NCBI GenBank assembly: GCA_003696505.1 | Contig: RFHC01000063.1 | Span: 1-47,417 of the forward strand | Length of the DNA stretch: 47,417 nt | From: Deltaproteobacteria bacterium | Lineage (GTDB): Bacteria > Desulfobacterota > Deferrimicrobia > J040 | Direction of reading: 5' to 3' | Part shown: positions 8,258 to 17,887 of the stretch, one piece after another | How the letters are laid out: the number at the start of each line of letters is the position of its first letter | Position numbering within the stretch: position 1 is the first letter of the stretch | Made by a program: the position numbers and the translations under genes | Notes under the pieces: generated by a model | Seen by the model: the letters and a program-made list of their open reading frames with translations, nothing else | Databases searched by the model: none | Told to the model about the DNA's origin: nothing

Positions 8258-9754
8258 ATGAGGGCCCTTCTCATTTACCCCAGGTACCCGGAAACCTTCT
8301 GGAGTTTCCGCCACGCTCTTCCCTTCGTGGGGAAAAAGGCGGCCTATCCTCCCCTCGGCCTCCTGACAGTGGCGTCCCTCCTCCCGAAATCGTGGGAGAA
8401 GAAACTCGTGGACTTGAACGTCAGGGACCTGACTCCTGACGACGTCTCCTGGGCGGACGTGGTCCTCATAAGCGCCATGGACGTTCAGGAATCCTCCGCG
8501 CGGTCCCTCATCAGTTCACTGAAAGAGAGGGGCGTGAAAATCGTCGCGGGGGGACCTCTCTTCTCATCCCGGTGGGAGGAGTTTCCCCAGGTTGACCACC
8601 TTGTCATCGGCGAGGGGGAAGGTCTCGTCCAGCGAATGGCCCGGGACCTGGAAGAGGGGAGAGCCGAGAAAATCTACCGCCAGGAAAGGCCCGTCTCCCT
8701 CGAGGAGAGCCCCGTCCCCGACTGGTCCCTCGTGAACCTCAACGACTACTCCTCTCTGGGAGTTCAGTTTTCCCGGGGCTGTCCTTACGACTGCGAGTTC
8801 TGCGACGTGACCGCTCTCTTCGGCCGTCACGTGAGGACGAAGAGGGCCTCTCAGATACTCGCTGAACTTGACCTCATCTATGACATGGGCTGGCGGGGCG
8901 GCGTTTTCTTCGTGGACGACAACCTCATCGGAAACCGCCGGGCTGTGAAGGAAGAACTCCTCCCCTCCCTCATCAGCTGGATGGAGGAGAAAAACTACCC
9001 CTTCGAATTCATCACCCAGGTCTCCATCAACGTGGCCGACGACGACGAACTGCTTTCGCTCCTCCACCGGGCGAACTTCGACGAACTCTTTATCGGTATC
9101 GAGTCCCCCGAGGAGGAAAGCCTTCGCTCAGCCGGAAAAACGGTGAACCTGAACCGCGACATCACGCGGGCAGTGAGGAAACTCCAGAGGAGGGGATTCC
9201 TCGTGCACGGAGGGTTTATCGTCGGTTTCGACACGGACACTCCGTCGGTGTTCGACCGGCTCATCGACTTCATAGACTCAGCCGGAATCCCCGTGGCTAT
9301 GGTGGGACTGCTCAACGCACCCCGGGGGACAAAGCTCTACGCGAGACTGAAAAAAGAGGGAAGGCTCCTCACAGAAATATCGGGAGACAACACCGATTTT
9401 TCCCTCAACTTCCTCCCCGTCATGGACCTGGAAACACTCATCTCGGGCTACCAGAGAGTGGTGAAGACCCTCTATTCGCCGGAGCGCTTCGTGAGGAGAA
9501 CGATATCCTGCCTGAAGAACCTCTCCCCCCGCTTTCGGAAAAAAACCCGTCTCGCCTGGAGAGACGTGAGGGCATTTCTCCTCACGACCGTGAGTATGGG
9601 ATTATCCGAGAGGTGGCGGAGACATTACTGGAAGCTCCTGACATGGGCAGCCATGAAAAGGCCCATCTTCTTCCCCCTCTCGGTGAAACTCCTCATCTAC
9701 GGGTACCACCTGGAAAAGGTTTTCTCGTCCCGGGAGGCGCCAGTCAGGACGTGA
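8258..9754 (+). CDS. B12-binding domain radical SAM protein with DUF4070-like C-terminus
   Basis: The start is moved to the ATG at 8258 (MRALLIYPRY), which has GGAGGAGGGG just upstream. The N-terminal cobalamin-binding Rossmann-like region is followed by SRGCPYDCEFCDV (CxxxCxxC) and a conserved C-terminal extension. Confidence 0.85.
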   Translation: MRALLIYPRYPETFWSFRHALPFVGKKAAYPPLGLLTVASLLPKSWEKKLVDLNVRDLTPDDVSWADVVLISAMDVQESSARSLISSLKERGVKIVAGGPLFSSRWEEFPQVDHLVIGEGEGLVQRMARDLEEGRAEKIYRQERPVSLEESPVPDWSLVNLNDYSSLGVQFSRGCPYDCEFCDVTALFGRHVRTKRASQILAELDLIYDMGWRGGVFFVDDNLIGNRRAVKEELLPSLISWMEEKNYPFEFITQVSINVADDDELLSLLHRANFDELFIGIESPEEESLRSAGKTVNLNRDITRAVRKLQRRGFLVHGGFIVGFDTDTPSVFDRLIDFIDSAGIPVAMVGLLNAPRGTKLYARLKKEGRLLTEISGDNTDFSLNFLPVMDLETLISGYQRVVKTLYSPERFVRRTISCLKNLSPRFRKKTRLAWRDVRAFLLTTVSMGLSERWRRHYWKLLTWAAMKRPIFFPLSVKLLIYGYHLEKVFSSREAPVRT

Positions 9755-10913
9755 GCGCGTCGAAACCGGTCAGGTCCCTTCCGATGACGAGGGTGTGAAT
9801 TTCGTATGTCCCCTCGTACGTATCCACCGTCTCCAGGTTGCACATGTGCCTCATGACGCAGTACTCGTCGGTGATACCGTTCGCTCCGAGAATCCCCCGG
9901 GCAGTCCTCGCAATCTGGAGAGCCATCCTCACGTTGTTCCTCTTCGCGAGGCTCACCTGCTGGTGAGTCAGGCGCCCCGCGTCCTTCAGCCTTCCGAGGT
10001 GGAGGCAGACGAGCTGCGCCTTCGTAATCTCCGTCACCATGTCTGCCAGCTTCGCCTGGGTCAGCTGAAAGGAGGCAATGGGCCTGCCGAACTGAACCCG
10101 CTCCTTCGCGTAGGAGAGGGCCTCCTCGAAGCAGGCCATTGCCGCGCCCACCGAACCCCAGGCGATGCCGTAGCGAGCCTGTGTGAGGCACCTCAGCGCA
10201 GCTTTCAGACCCACAGCGCCGGGGAGAGCGTTTTCTTCGGGTATCCGCACCTCGTCGAAGATGAGCTCCGACGTAACCGAAGCCCTCATGGATAGCTTAG
10301 ATTTGATGTCCCTGGCTTCGAATCCCGGAGTCCCTTTCTCGACAAGGAAGCCCCTCACCTCTCCGTCGCACTTCGCCCAGACCACGGCCACATCCGCTAT
10401 CGACCCGTTCGTGATCCACATCTTCGTGCCGGTGATGACGAACTCGCTCCCGTCCCTCACCGCCCTCGTCTTCATCCCTCCCGGGTCTGACCCGTGGTCG
10501 GGTTCCGTGAGGCCGAAGCATCCGATAGCCTTCCCCGAGGCGAGGAGGGGAATCCACCTCTCCTTCTGCTCCTCGGTCCCGTACTCGAGAATCGGATACA
10601 TCACGAGAGCCCCCTGCACGGAGGCGAAGCTCCGAAGCCCCGAATCGCCTCTCTCCAGCTCCTGCATGATGAGGCCGTAGGCGACGTTGCTAATACCCGG
10701 CAGCCCGTATCCGCTGTAGCAGGCTCCGAAAACACCCAGTTCTCCCAGTCGCGGAATTATTTCCACGGGAAAGGTTCCCTTCCGGTAATGGTCGACGACG
10801 ATGGGGAGGAACTCTTTCTCCACAAACTCCCTCACCGTATCGCGAATGATCCTCTCCTCGTCGGTGAACTCCCTCTCTAATTCAAAGTAGTCGATACCTC
10901 TGAAGACGCTCAT
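9744..10913 (-). CDS. gcdH: Glutaryl-CoA dehydrogenase-like acyl-CoA dehydrogenase
   Basis: 389 aa. The blocks GCFGLTEPDHGSDPGGMKTRA, ARYGIAWGSVGAA and DEYCVMRHMCNLETVDTYEGTYEIHTLVIGR closely mirror GCDH-type ACADs, including the TYEG catalytic-base region. Confidence 0.8.
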   Translation of the reverse strand: MSVFRGIDYFELEREFTDEERIIRDTVREFVEKEFLPIVVDHYRKGTFPVEIIPRLGELGVFGACYSGYGLPGISNVAYGLIMQELERGDSGLRSFASVQGALVMYPILEYGTEEQKERWIPLLASGKAIGCFGLTEPDHGSDPGGMKTRAVRDGSEFVITGTKMWITNGSIADVAVVWAKCDGEVRGFLVEKGTPGFEARDIKSKLSMRASVTSELIFDEVRIPEENALPGAVGLKAALRCLTQARYGIAWGSVGAAMACFEEALSYAKERVQFGRPIASFQLTQAKLADMVTEITKAQLVCLHLGRLKDAGRLTHQQVSLAKRNNVRMALQIARTARGILGANGITDEYCVMRHMCNLETVDTYEGTYEIHTLVIGRDLTGFDALTS

Positions 10914-10930
10914 CTCCGTTCCTCCTTTTT

Positions 10931-11710
10931 TTACCTTCCCGTGAACCGGGGCTTTCTTTTCTCAAGGACGGCGCGAATCCCCTCCCGCTTGTCCTCCGTG
11001 TCGAGGAGGAGGGCGAAGGCCCTCATTTCGTAATCGAGCCCTTCCGGGAGAGGGAGGCTCGATGCCTTCAGGAGGCACTCCTTTGCGAGTCTGAGCGCGA
11101 GCGGGGGCTTTTCGGCCAGTTTCTCCCCCAGTGAAAGGGAAAAGGGAATAAGTTCCTCGTGGGGCACGACGTGGTGAACGAGACCGATTTCTCTCGCTTT
11201 TTCTGCGTCGATCATCTCACCGAGCAGGACCAGTTCCACTGCACGAGAGAGCCCGACGAGCCGCACGAGCCTCTGAGTCCCTCCCATGCCGGGAATGATG
11301 CCCAGGTCCACCTCGGGCTGACCGAACTTCGCCTTCTCCGAAGCAACCCGGAAGGTGCAGGCCATCGCAAGCTCGCATCCTCCACCGAGAGCGTAACCGT
11401 TGACGGCTGCAATCACCGGCTTCGGGAAGTTCTCCACCGCCCTGTCAACGCGGATGGACGGGACGATGCCGTCTCTCGTTGACCTCGCCTCCAGTTCCCG
11501 CAAATCCGCACCCGCGGCGAAACTCTTATCCCCCGCGCCCGTGAGGACAACTGCTCTCACCTCTCCGTCCTTCTCTGCCTCCGCGAGTCCCTCAAGAATT
11601 CCTTCCCTCACCTCTTTTGAAAGGGGATTCCTCTTCTCGGGCCTGTTTATCGTTATCAGGGCCACCCGTCCCCTCTTTTCGTAGAGGACCTCCTTCCCTT
11701 CTCCCATCAC
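10931..11710 (-). CDS. Enoyl-CoA hydratase (crotonase family)
   Basis: 259 aa with LITINRPEKRNPL, FAAGADL, AAVNGYALGGGCELAMAC and FGQPEVDLGIIPGMGGTQRL blocks. Confidence 0.85.
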   Translation of the reverse strand: MMGEGKEVLYEKRGRVALITINRPEKRNPLSKEVREGILEGLAEAEKDGEVRAVVLTGAGDKSFAAGADLRELEARSTRDGIVPSIRVDRAVENFPKPVIAAVNGYALGGGCELAMACTFRVASEKAKFGQPEVDLGIIPGMGGTQRLVRLVGLSRAVELVLLGEMIDAEKAREIGLVHHVVPHEELIPFSLSLGEKLAEKPPLALRLAKECLLKASSLPLPEGLDYEMRAFALLLDTEDKREGIRAVLEKRKPRFTGR

Positions 11711-12477
11711 TCACCTCCCTCGTAATCGTAAAATCCCGCTCCCGCCTTCACTCCGAGCCTCCCCTCCTCGACGAGCCGCCGGAGGAGGGGCGAGGGGCGG
11801 AAGCGCCCGTCTCTGTGGTAATCTTCCAGGTTGTCCAGCACCGCGAGGACCGTGTCGAGTCCGATTCGGTCCCCCCACGCAAGGGGCCCCTCCGGGTAGT
11901 TCACGCCCAGCCTCATGGCATCATCTATTCCCTGAGGCGTCGAAACACCTTCACCCAGGGCAAATGCCGCTTCATTGATGATCCGGTAGAGAACGCGGAC
12001 GATGATAAAACCGGGGGAAAAATCCCCTTCCCTTAACCTGACCCCCATCTCCCTCAGGAGAAACCTTATCTCTCCCTTCGTCCCGTCGTCCACACCTGGC
12101 CCCCAGGCCACCTCGGCGAACGTTCCCACCAGCCCGGGAAGGGGGAAGTGGAGGGAGGCAACTTTCACCTTCCCTCCTGTCCAGCCCTCAAGCCGCTCCG
12201 GCAGATAGGTGGACGAGAGGGAGAGGACGAGCCCGCCCTGGAACGATTCTCCCGCCTCCTGATAAAAGCTTTCCTTCACCCCCCTCTCCTCGGGAAGGCA
12301 CTCGAAGACGAGAGGCGTTTCTCTGAAGAGGTCGGAGAAACTCCGGACGGTTTGGAAACTCCCGTCGGGCGGTGTCTCCTTTAAAGCAACGACGACCTCG
12401 AAGCCCGCAGACCGGAGGAAATCGACGAGGGGTTTTCCCATCACGCCGCATCCGGCAACTCCCGCTCTCTTTTCCAT
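11707..12477 (-). CDS. 3-hydroxyacyl-CoA dehydrogenase family protein (short paralog)
   Basis: 256 aa. It has an N-terminal GCGVMG dinucleotide fold and a C-terminal IDDAMRLGVNYPEGPLAWGDRIGLD...GRLGVKAGAGFYDY domain. It overlaps the crotonase start by ATGA. Confidence 0.75.
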   Translation of the reverse strand: MEKRAGVAGCGVMGKPLVDFLRSAGFEVVVALKETPPDGSFQTVRSFSDLFRETPLVFECLPEERGVKESFYQEAGESFQGGLVLSLSSTYLPERLEGWTGGKVKVASLHFPLPGLVGTFAEVAWGPGVDDGTKGEIRFLLREMGVRLREGDFSPGFIIVRVLYRIINEAAFALGEGVSTPQGIDDAMRLGVNYPEGPLAWGDRIGLDTVLAVLDNLEDYHRDGRFRPSPLLRRLVEEGRLGVKAGAGFYDYEGGE

Positions 12478-12483
12478 CTCCTC

Positions 12484-13335
12484 TCACCTCCCCTCGCGGT
12501 AATCGTAAAACCCTTTCCCGCTCTTCCGGCCGAGCCGGCCCGAGGCAACCAGTTTCTTCTGAAGGTAGACGGGGCGAAACCGGGGGTCGTGGAAGAACTG
12601 CTCGTAAACGTAGGTGCTCACTGCCAGGTTCACGTCTAACCCTACCAGGTCCAGGAGTTCAAAAGGTCCCATCCGAAAACCCGCCTCTCTCATCGTCTCG
12701 TCGATTTCCGAATGCGTAAATTTTCCCTCTTCGAGGATGCGAAGCGATTCAAGGTAAAAAGGGCGTGCCACCCTGTTGACGAGAAAACCGGGGGAGTCGT
12801 TGAGAACGACGGCCGTCTTCCCCAGCTTCTCCGCGAAGGCAACTGTCTCGCTCACCGCCTTCTCCGAGGTTTCCACGCCTCTCACCACCTCTACGAGCTT
12901 CATGAGGGGAACGGGGTTGAAGAAGTGCATTCCGAGAAACCTCTCCGGACGGGAGAGAGCGGAAGAAAGCTCCGTTATGCTGATGGCCGATGTGTTGGAG
13001 GCAATGACTGTTTCCTGAGAAACGACTTCCTCTATCTCCCGGTAGAGACCCTTTTTCACCTCAGCATCCTCCACCACTGCCTCCACGACGAAGCTGCATT
13101 CGGCCGCTCTCTCGAGCGATTCCACCGTCTCAATGAGTGACATAATCTGGTTGACCGTCGCATCCCCGTATTTCCCCTTCGCCACACCCCTCTCGACGAA
13201 TCCGCGAATTTTCGCAACCGCCCGGGAGCACGCCTCCGTCGAGACATCGTAAAGGAGCACCCCGATTCCTTTTTCTGCGCAGACCTGGGCGATACCGGAA
13301 CCCATCACCCCGGCCCCTGCCACGAAGACCTTCAC
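12484..13335 (-). CDS. hbd: 3-hydroxybutyryl-CoA dehydrogenase
   Basis: The start is set to the GTG at 13335 ([17 protein letters not shown]), which lies after GGAGGG and 1 nt after the thiolase stop. It has NAD-binding and C-terminal dimerisation domains ([24 protein letters not shown]...[14 protein letters not shown]). Confidence 0.85.
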   Translation of the reverse strand: MKVFVAGAGVMGSGIAQVCAEKGIGVLLYDVSTEACSRAVAKIRGFVERGVAKGKYGDATVNQIMSLIETVESLERAAECSFVVEAVVEDAEVKKGLYREIEEVVSQETVIASNTSAISITELSSALSRPERFLGMHFFNPVPLMKLVEVVRGVETSEKAVSETVAFAEKLGKTAVVLNDSPGFLVNRVARPFYLESLRILEEGKFTHSEIDETMREAGFRMGPFELLDLVGLDVNLAVSTYVYEQFFHDPRFRPVYLQKKLVASGRLGRKSGKGFYDYREGR

Positions 13336-13336
13336 G

Positions 13337-14554
13337 TCACTTCCCTCCTTTCCTGCCGTCCAGATACTCGACGACGAGCGCAATCCCCTGACCGACGCCG
13401 ATGCACATCGTCGCCAGTCCATACCTCACCCTTCTCCTCTTCATCTCGTGAAAGAGGGTCGTGAGAATCCGGGCTCCGCTGCACCCGAGAGGATGTCCCA
13501 GCGCGATGGCGCCGCCGTTTACGTTCACCCTTTCCGGGTCGAGCCCCATCTCCCGAATGCAGGCGAGCGACTGGGCCGCAAATGCCTCGTTCAATTCCAC
13601 CAGGTCAAGGTCCTCCACCCCTATTCCCGCCCGGGAAAGGGCTCTCTCCGTTGCTGGTACCGGTCCCATCCCCATGTAGGCAGGGTCGACGCCGGAAACG
13701 CCGTATGAACGGACCCGGAAGGAGGTGTCAAAGCCGAGTGCCTGCGCCGTTTCAACCGACGCGATGAGGAGAGCGGCAGCACCGTCGTTGACGCCGGAGG
13801 AGTTCCCCGCCGTCACCGTCCCGTTTTCCCGGAAGGCCGGTCGAAGTTTCGCCAGCTTTTCCAGTGTCGTATCCGGACGGATGTGCTCGTCCTCTAAAAC
13901 GAGTTTTTCTTCCTTCTTCTCCCTCACCGGAACGGGGACGATTTCTTCCCGGAATTTTCCCTCTTTTGTCGCCCGGGCCGCCTTCATGTGGCTCTCGTAA
14001 GCGAAGCGGTCCTGGTCCTCCCGGGCAATCCCGTACCTCTCGGCAACGTTCTCCGCCGTCTCTCCCATGCTGTAGGGGTAGTACATCTCCGCCAGTTTCG
14101 GGTTGGTGAATCTCCACCCGATGGTCGTGTCGTAGAGCGTCATCTGACCTCTCGGGAAATCCACCTCCGGCTTTGCCATGACGAAGGGCGCCCTCGTCAT
14201 GCTCTCCACGCCTCCCGCCACGACCAGGTCGTAATCCCCCGTCTGGATGAACTTGGCCGCCATTGAAACGGCCATGAGACCGGACCCGCAGAGCCTGTTC
14301 ACAGTTACGCCGGGCACTTCCACGGGAAATCCTGCAAGGAGGAGCGACATGCGCGCCACGTTCCTGTTGTCCTCTCCCGCCTGGTTTGCGCACCCAACGA
14401 CGACGTCGTCCACCCGTGCCGGGTCAATGCCCGTTCTCTCCACCAGGGCCCGAATCACGTGAGCCATCATGTCATCCGGCCTCACCGAACGGAGAGCACC
14501 CCTGTATCGACCGATGGGCGTCCTCACGGCATCGACGATGCAGACCTCTCTCAT
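13337..14554 (-). CDS. Acetyl-CoA C-acetyltransferase (thiolase II)
   Basis: 405 aa with the active-site blocks [35 protein letters not shown] and CIGVGQG. Confidence 0.9.
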   Translation of the reverse strand: MREVCIVDAVRTPIGRYRGALRSVRPDDMMAHVIRALVERTGIDPARVDDVVVGCANQAGEDNRNVARMSLLLAGFPVEVPGVTVNRLCGSGLMAVSMAAKFIQTGDYDLVVAGGVESMTRAPFVMAKPEVDFPRGQMTLYDTTIGWRFTNPKLAEMYYPYSMGETAENVAERYGIAREDQDRFAYESHMKAARATKEGKFREEIVPVPVREKKEEKLVLEDEHIRPDTTLEKLAKLRPAFRENGTVTAGNSSGVNDGAAALLIASVETAQALGFDTSFRVRSYGVSGVDPAYMGMGPVPATERALSRAGIGVEDLDLVELNEAFAAQSLACIREMGLDPERVNVNGGAIALGHPLGCSGARILTTLFHEMKRRRVRYGLATMCIGVGQGIALVVEYLDGRKGGK

Positions 14555-14566
14555 CTCATCCTCCCT

Positions 14567-16021
14567 TCATCCCCAGATTTCTCTCTCTTCTATTCCGTGC
14601 TTCCTCATCTTCTTGAAGAGAGCGGACCGATGGAGCCCGAGGAGTTCAGCGGCACGGGTCCTCGACCCACCCGCCCTTTTCAGGGCGTCGATGATGGCGC
14701 TTCGCTCCGCCCTGTCGAGATATTCCCTCAGAGTCAACCGGCCGTTCCCCTCCTCTGGGAAACGAACCTTCTTCATGTACTCGGGGAGGTCTCCCACGTC
14801 GATGGAAGTTCCCCGCGACGACCAGAGTGCCTGCTCCACCACGTTTTTTAACTCCCTGATGTTTCCGGGCCAGGAATACTCCAGGAGGAAAGAGAGAGCC
14901 CTTCTGGTAAAGCGCTTCCGGGTGATGCCCACTTTCAGAGAGACCTCCTCGAGGAAGTGGTTGAGGTAGAATTCGATGTCGTCTTTCCTCTCCCGGAGAG
15001 GGGGAATATGTATCCTCGTCTGATTGAGGCGGAAAAAGAGGTCTGCCCGGAAACGCTTCTTCTCGACAAGGTCTTCCAGGTTCTGGTTCGACGCGGCGAT
15101 GAGGCGGAAGTCGACTTTCTCGGGCTTCTCATCGGACCCTACCGGGTCAATCTCCTTTTCCTGAATCGCGCGGAGGAGTTTCGACTGGAGTCTCAACGGG
15201 AGTTCGTGAATCTCGTCCAGGAAGATGGTCCCTCCCTCCGCGAGGTGGAACTTTCCCTTCTTCCCCCCTTTCCTTGCTCCGCTGAAGGCTCCTTCGCGGA
15301 ACCCGAAGAGCTCCGATTCCGCCAGTTCTTCCGGAATAGAGGAGCAGTTGACGCTGACGAAGGGACCGTTTCTCCTCCGGCTCTCCCCGTGTATCGCCTG
15401 AGCGAAAAGCTCCTTTCCCGTCCCTGTCTCCCCCGTAATGAGGACAGAACTGTCCGTGGAAGCGATCTTGCGTGCGAGGGACACTATCTCTCCCATCCGG
15501 TCGTTCACGTAGAGGATGTCGTTGAAGGTATAGGGGATCTCTCTCTTCCCTTGAGTCTCCTTCTCTCTCTTTTTCAGCCGGGCCTTCAGGACGGCAACGG
15601 TCCTGGCGAGTTCGTTCAGTTTCTCGCAGTTGTAGAAGATGATTTTCCCGATCGCCCCTTTCACGCTCTTCCCCTCACCGATGATGGGTATGCGGGCAAC
15701 GATTCTCATCTCTCCCCCATCGTAAATGTGGACGTCCCCTATTTCAGGCCTCCCCGTTTCGACGACGACGTTGAGCCTCGTGCTCGGACTGATTTCCGGA
15801 AATGGCCGGAAGAGCGCTTCCTCCGTGGAAACGCCGAAGAACTTCTCATTTGCTCTGGAGAGGAAAATTGTTCGACACCGGTCGTCCACGACGATCATTC
15901 CCTCGTACCTGCTCTGCATGAGGACCCGGATAGCTTCCATCCCCACATCGGTGACGGGATAACCGCCGAAAATCCTTTTCACGTACTCAACGATTTCTTC
16001 ATGGGAAAGTTCTCTGACCAC
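14567..16021 (-). CDS. Sigma-54-dependent transcriptional activator (PAS-like sensor, AAA+, Fis HTH)
   Basis: 484 aa. It has GETGTGKELFA (Walker A), ESELFGFREGAFSGA (GAFTGA-type loop), IFLDEI, and a C-terminal AAELLGLHRSALFKKMRKHGI helix-turn-helix. Confidence 0.9.
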   Translation of the reverse strand: MVRELSHEEIVEYVKRIFGGYPVTDVGMEAIRVLMQSRYEGMIVVDDRCRTIFLSRANEKFFGVSTEEALFRPFPEISPSTRLNVVVETGRPEIGDVHIYDGGEMRIVARIPIIGEGKSVKGAIGKIIFYNCEKLNELARTVAVLKARLKKREKETQGKREIPYTFNDILYVNDRMGEIVSLARKIASTDSSVLITGETGTGKELFAQAIHGESRRRNGPFVSVNCSSIPEELAESELFGFREGAFSGARKGGKKGKFHLAEGGTIFLDEIHELPLRLQSKLLRAIQEKEIDPVGSDEKPEKVDFRLIAASNQNLEDLVEKKRFRADLFFRLNQTRIHIPPLRERKDDIEFYLNHFLEEVSLKVGITRKRFTRRALSFLLEYSWPGNIRELKNVVEQALWSSRGTSIDVGDLPEYMKKVRFPEEGNGRLTLREYLDRAERSAIIDALKRAGGSRTRAAELLGLHRSALFKKMRKHGIEEREIWG

Positions 16022-16022
16022 T

Positions 16023-17003
16023 TTACCCCTCCTTCTTTCTTCCGTGACCCTGCCTCTCCACCCACGTCCCCAGGATACCCCGGGGGAAGAAGAGGATGGT
16101 GACGACGAAGAGGAGACCGTAGACCAGTTTATCCCCCCTCGGGAGGAGTTCCTTAATCAGGAATTCGTCGAGGCAGACGAGTGTAAACGCTCCAACGACG
16201 GGTCCCGTGACCGTCCGGATGCCTCCGAAGAGGGCGGCCACGATTGGCATGAGCGACCAGTACCCGGAATAAGCGGAGTCGGGAGTGAGGAAGTGGATGT
16301 AGTGGACGTAGAATGCACCACCCAGTGCCGTGAAAAAGGCGCTCACCCCCAGGGCGAAGAGCTTGTACCGGAGCGTGTCGATTCCCATCGCTTCAGCGGT
16401 GACCTCATCTTCCCTCACCGCCTCCATCGCAATCCCCGTCTGACTCCCCCTCATCCAGATGCCGGTCCAGAGACCGGCGATGAGGAAGAGGAGGATGAGA
16501 AAGAGGTTCGCCCCCTTGCTCGTGAAGAAATTGACCTCCATCCCCCCGAAAGAATACCTCCCGAAAGAGGGAATGCTGAATATCCCTTCGTCCCCCTTCG
16601 TAATCTCGAGGTTGAGGGCCACGAGTTTCAGAACGTGGGCGTAGGCGAGAATGAGGAGCGCGAAATATGCCCCCTTGAGGCGGAACGAGGGGACGCCGAC
16701 GAGGAGGGAGAGGAAAACAACAGATACGCACGCCCCCGCAATTCCGAGCCAGGGGTTCAGGTGATACTGGGTCGTCAGAATCGCGGACACGTACGCTCCC
16801 GTTCCGAAGAAGGCCGCATGCCCGAAAGATATCTGCCCGCACCCCCCTCCGAGGATGTTCCAGGCAAGGGAGATGAGAGCGAGGAGAGACGCCTGAACGA
16901 GGACGTGGGCCACGAACGGGTCCCGTCGGAAAACGAAGGCAGAGGAGAGGACGAGGAGCGTCACCACTCCGGCGATTTTCTTTTCTGACCTTCTCCTCCC
17001 CAC
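16023..17003 (-). CDS. Branched-chain amino acid-type ABC transporter permease (LivM-like)
   Basis: Multi-TM permease. I chose the GTG start at 17003, which is preceded by GGAGAG and lies 1 nt after the livH-like stop. The longer track ORF would overlap the upstream gene by 100 nt. Confidence 0.85.
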   Translation of the reverse strand: MGRRRSEKKIAGVVTLLVLSSAFVFRRDPFVAHVLVQASLLALISLAWNILGGGCGQISFGHAAFFGTGAYVSAILTTQYHLNPWLGIAGACVSVVFLSLLVGVPSFRLKGAYFALLILAYAHVLKLVALNLEITKGDEGIFSIPSFGRYSFGGMEVNFFTSKGANLFLILLFLIAGLWTGIWMRGSQTGIAMEAVREDEVTAEAMGIDTLRYKLFALGVSAFFTALGGAFYVHYIHFLTPDSAYSGYWSLMPIVAALFGGIRTVTGPVVGAFTLVCLDEFLIKELLPRGDKLVYGLLFVVTILFFPRGILGTWVERQGHGRKKEG

Positions 17004-17004
17004 G

Positions 17005-17868
17005 TTACTCTCTCCTCCCGAATATCCCTTCCGGCCGGAGAAAGAGGACGGCAACGAAAAGAGCGAGGGCAAATATCCCCTGAAACATCGTGGAAGCAAA
17101 GACAACGATTATCGCTTCGCCCAGTCCAAGGATGATCCCTGCGAGGAGGAGTCCCGGGATCGACCCGAGTCCGGCAAGCACCGTGAGGATGAACGCGTTG
17201 ATGGTAACCGCTTCTCCCCCCACGGGATTGATGTGGGAGACGATTCCGAAGAGGGGACCGGCAAACCCGGCGAGAGCGCACCCGAGGACAAAGGCGAATC
17301 GGTCTATCCTCTCCACGTCAACCCCCACGAGAGCGGCGGCCTCCCTGTCCATGGAGGAGGCGCGGATCATCTTCCCCGTCTCCGTCCTTGCGAGGAAGAA
17401 CGTTAGCCCTCCGATAATCAGGAGGCTCACCAGGCCGGAAACGAGGTTCCCTCTGTTCACCTGAACGGGTCCGAGCCACACCCCCTCGGTCAACCAGGGG
17501 ATGTTGATGATGCGCTCGTCCGCGGTGAAGAGGAGGAGAAAGAGGTTCGTCAAGATAACCCCCACCCCGTAGGTGAGTATGAGGGTGTTCAACTCATCAT
17601 CCCGGATCCTCCGAACCACGAAGTAATAGAGGTATCCCACAATTCCGACGGAAAGTCCGGAAAAGAGGAGGGCCAGGGGGAGGGGAACCCCCATCCCCCG
17701 GATGGCGAAATATCCCACGTAAGCCCCCGCGAGGAGGAGCTCCCCGTGGGCAAGGTTGATGATTTTCAGAACACCGAAAACAAGACTCAACCCGACGGCA
17801 AAGAGAGCGTAGTTCGCTCCCATGAGGAGACCGGATGCGATGGAATTCGCAAGGAGAGAAAAACTCAT
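17005..17868 (-). CDS. Branched-chain amino acid-type ABC transporter permease (LivH-like)
   Basis: 287 aa and about 8 TM helices. The INLAHGELLLAGAY block is typical of LivH-type permeases. Confidence 0.9.
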   Translation of the reverse strand: MSFSLLANSIASGLLMGANYALFAVGLSLVFGVLKIINLAHGELLLAGAYVGYFAIRGMGVPLPLALLFSGLSVGIVGYLYYFVVRRIRDDELNTLILTYGVGVILTNLFLLLFTADERIINIPWLTEGVWLGPVQVNRGNLVSGLVSLLIIGGLTFFLARTETGKMIRASSMDREAAALVGVDVERIDRFAFVLGCALAGFAGPLFGIVSHINPVGGEAVTINAFILTVLAGLGSIPGLLLAGIILGLGEAIIVVFASTMFQGIFALALFVAVLFLRPEGIFGRRE

Positions 17869-17887
17869 CGTCTCCCCTCAACCCACC

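Noticed and set aside
13336-13422. Upstream extension of the hbd ORF (track start 13422) overlapping the thiolase 3-prime end. There is a similar 100-nt extension of the livM-like ORF to 17105.
   Set aside because: In both cases a GTG preceded by a GGAG-type RBS sits 1 nt after the upstream stop. The extensions encode non-homologous, Arg/Ser-rich sequence.
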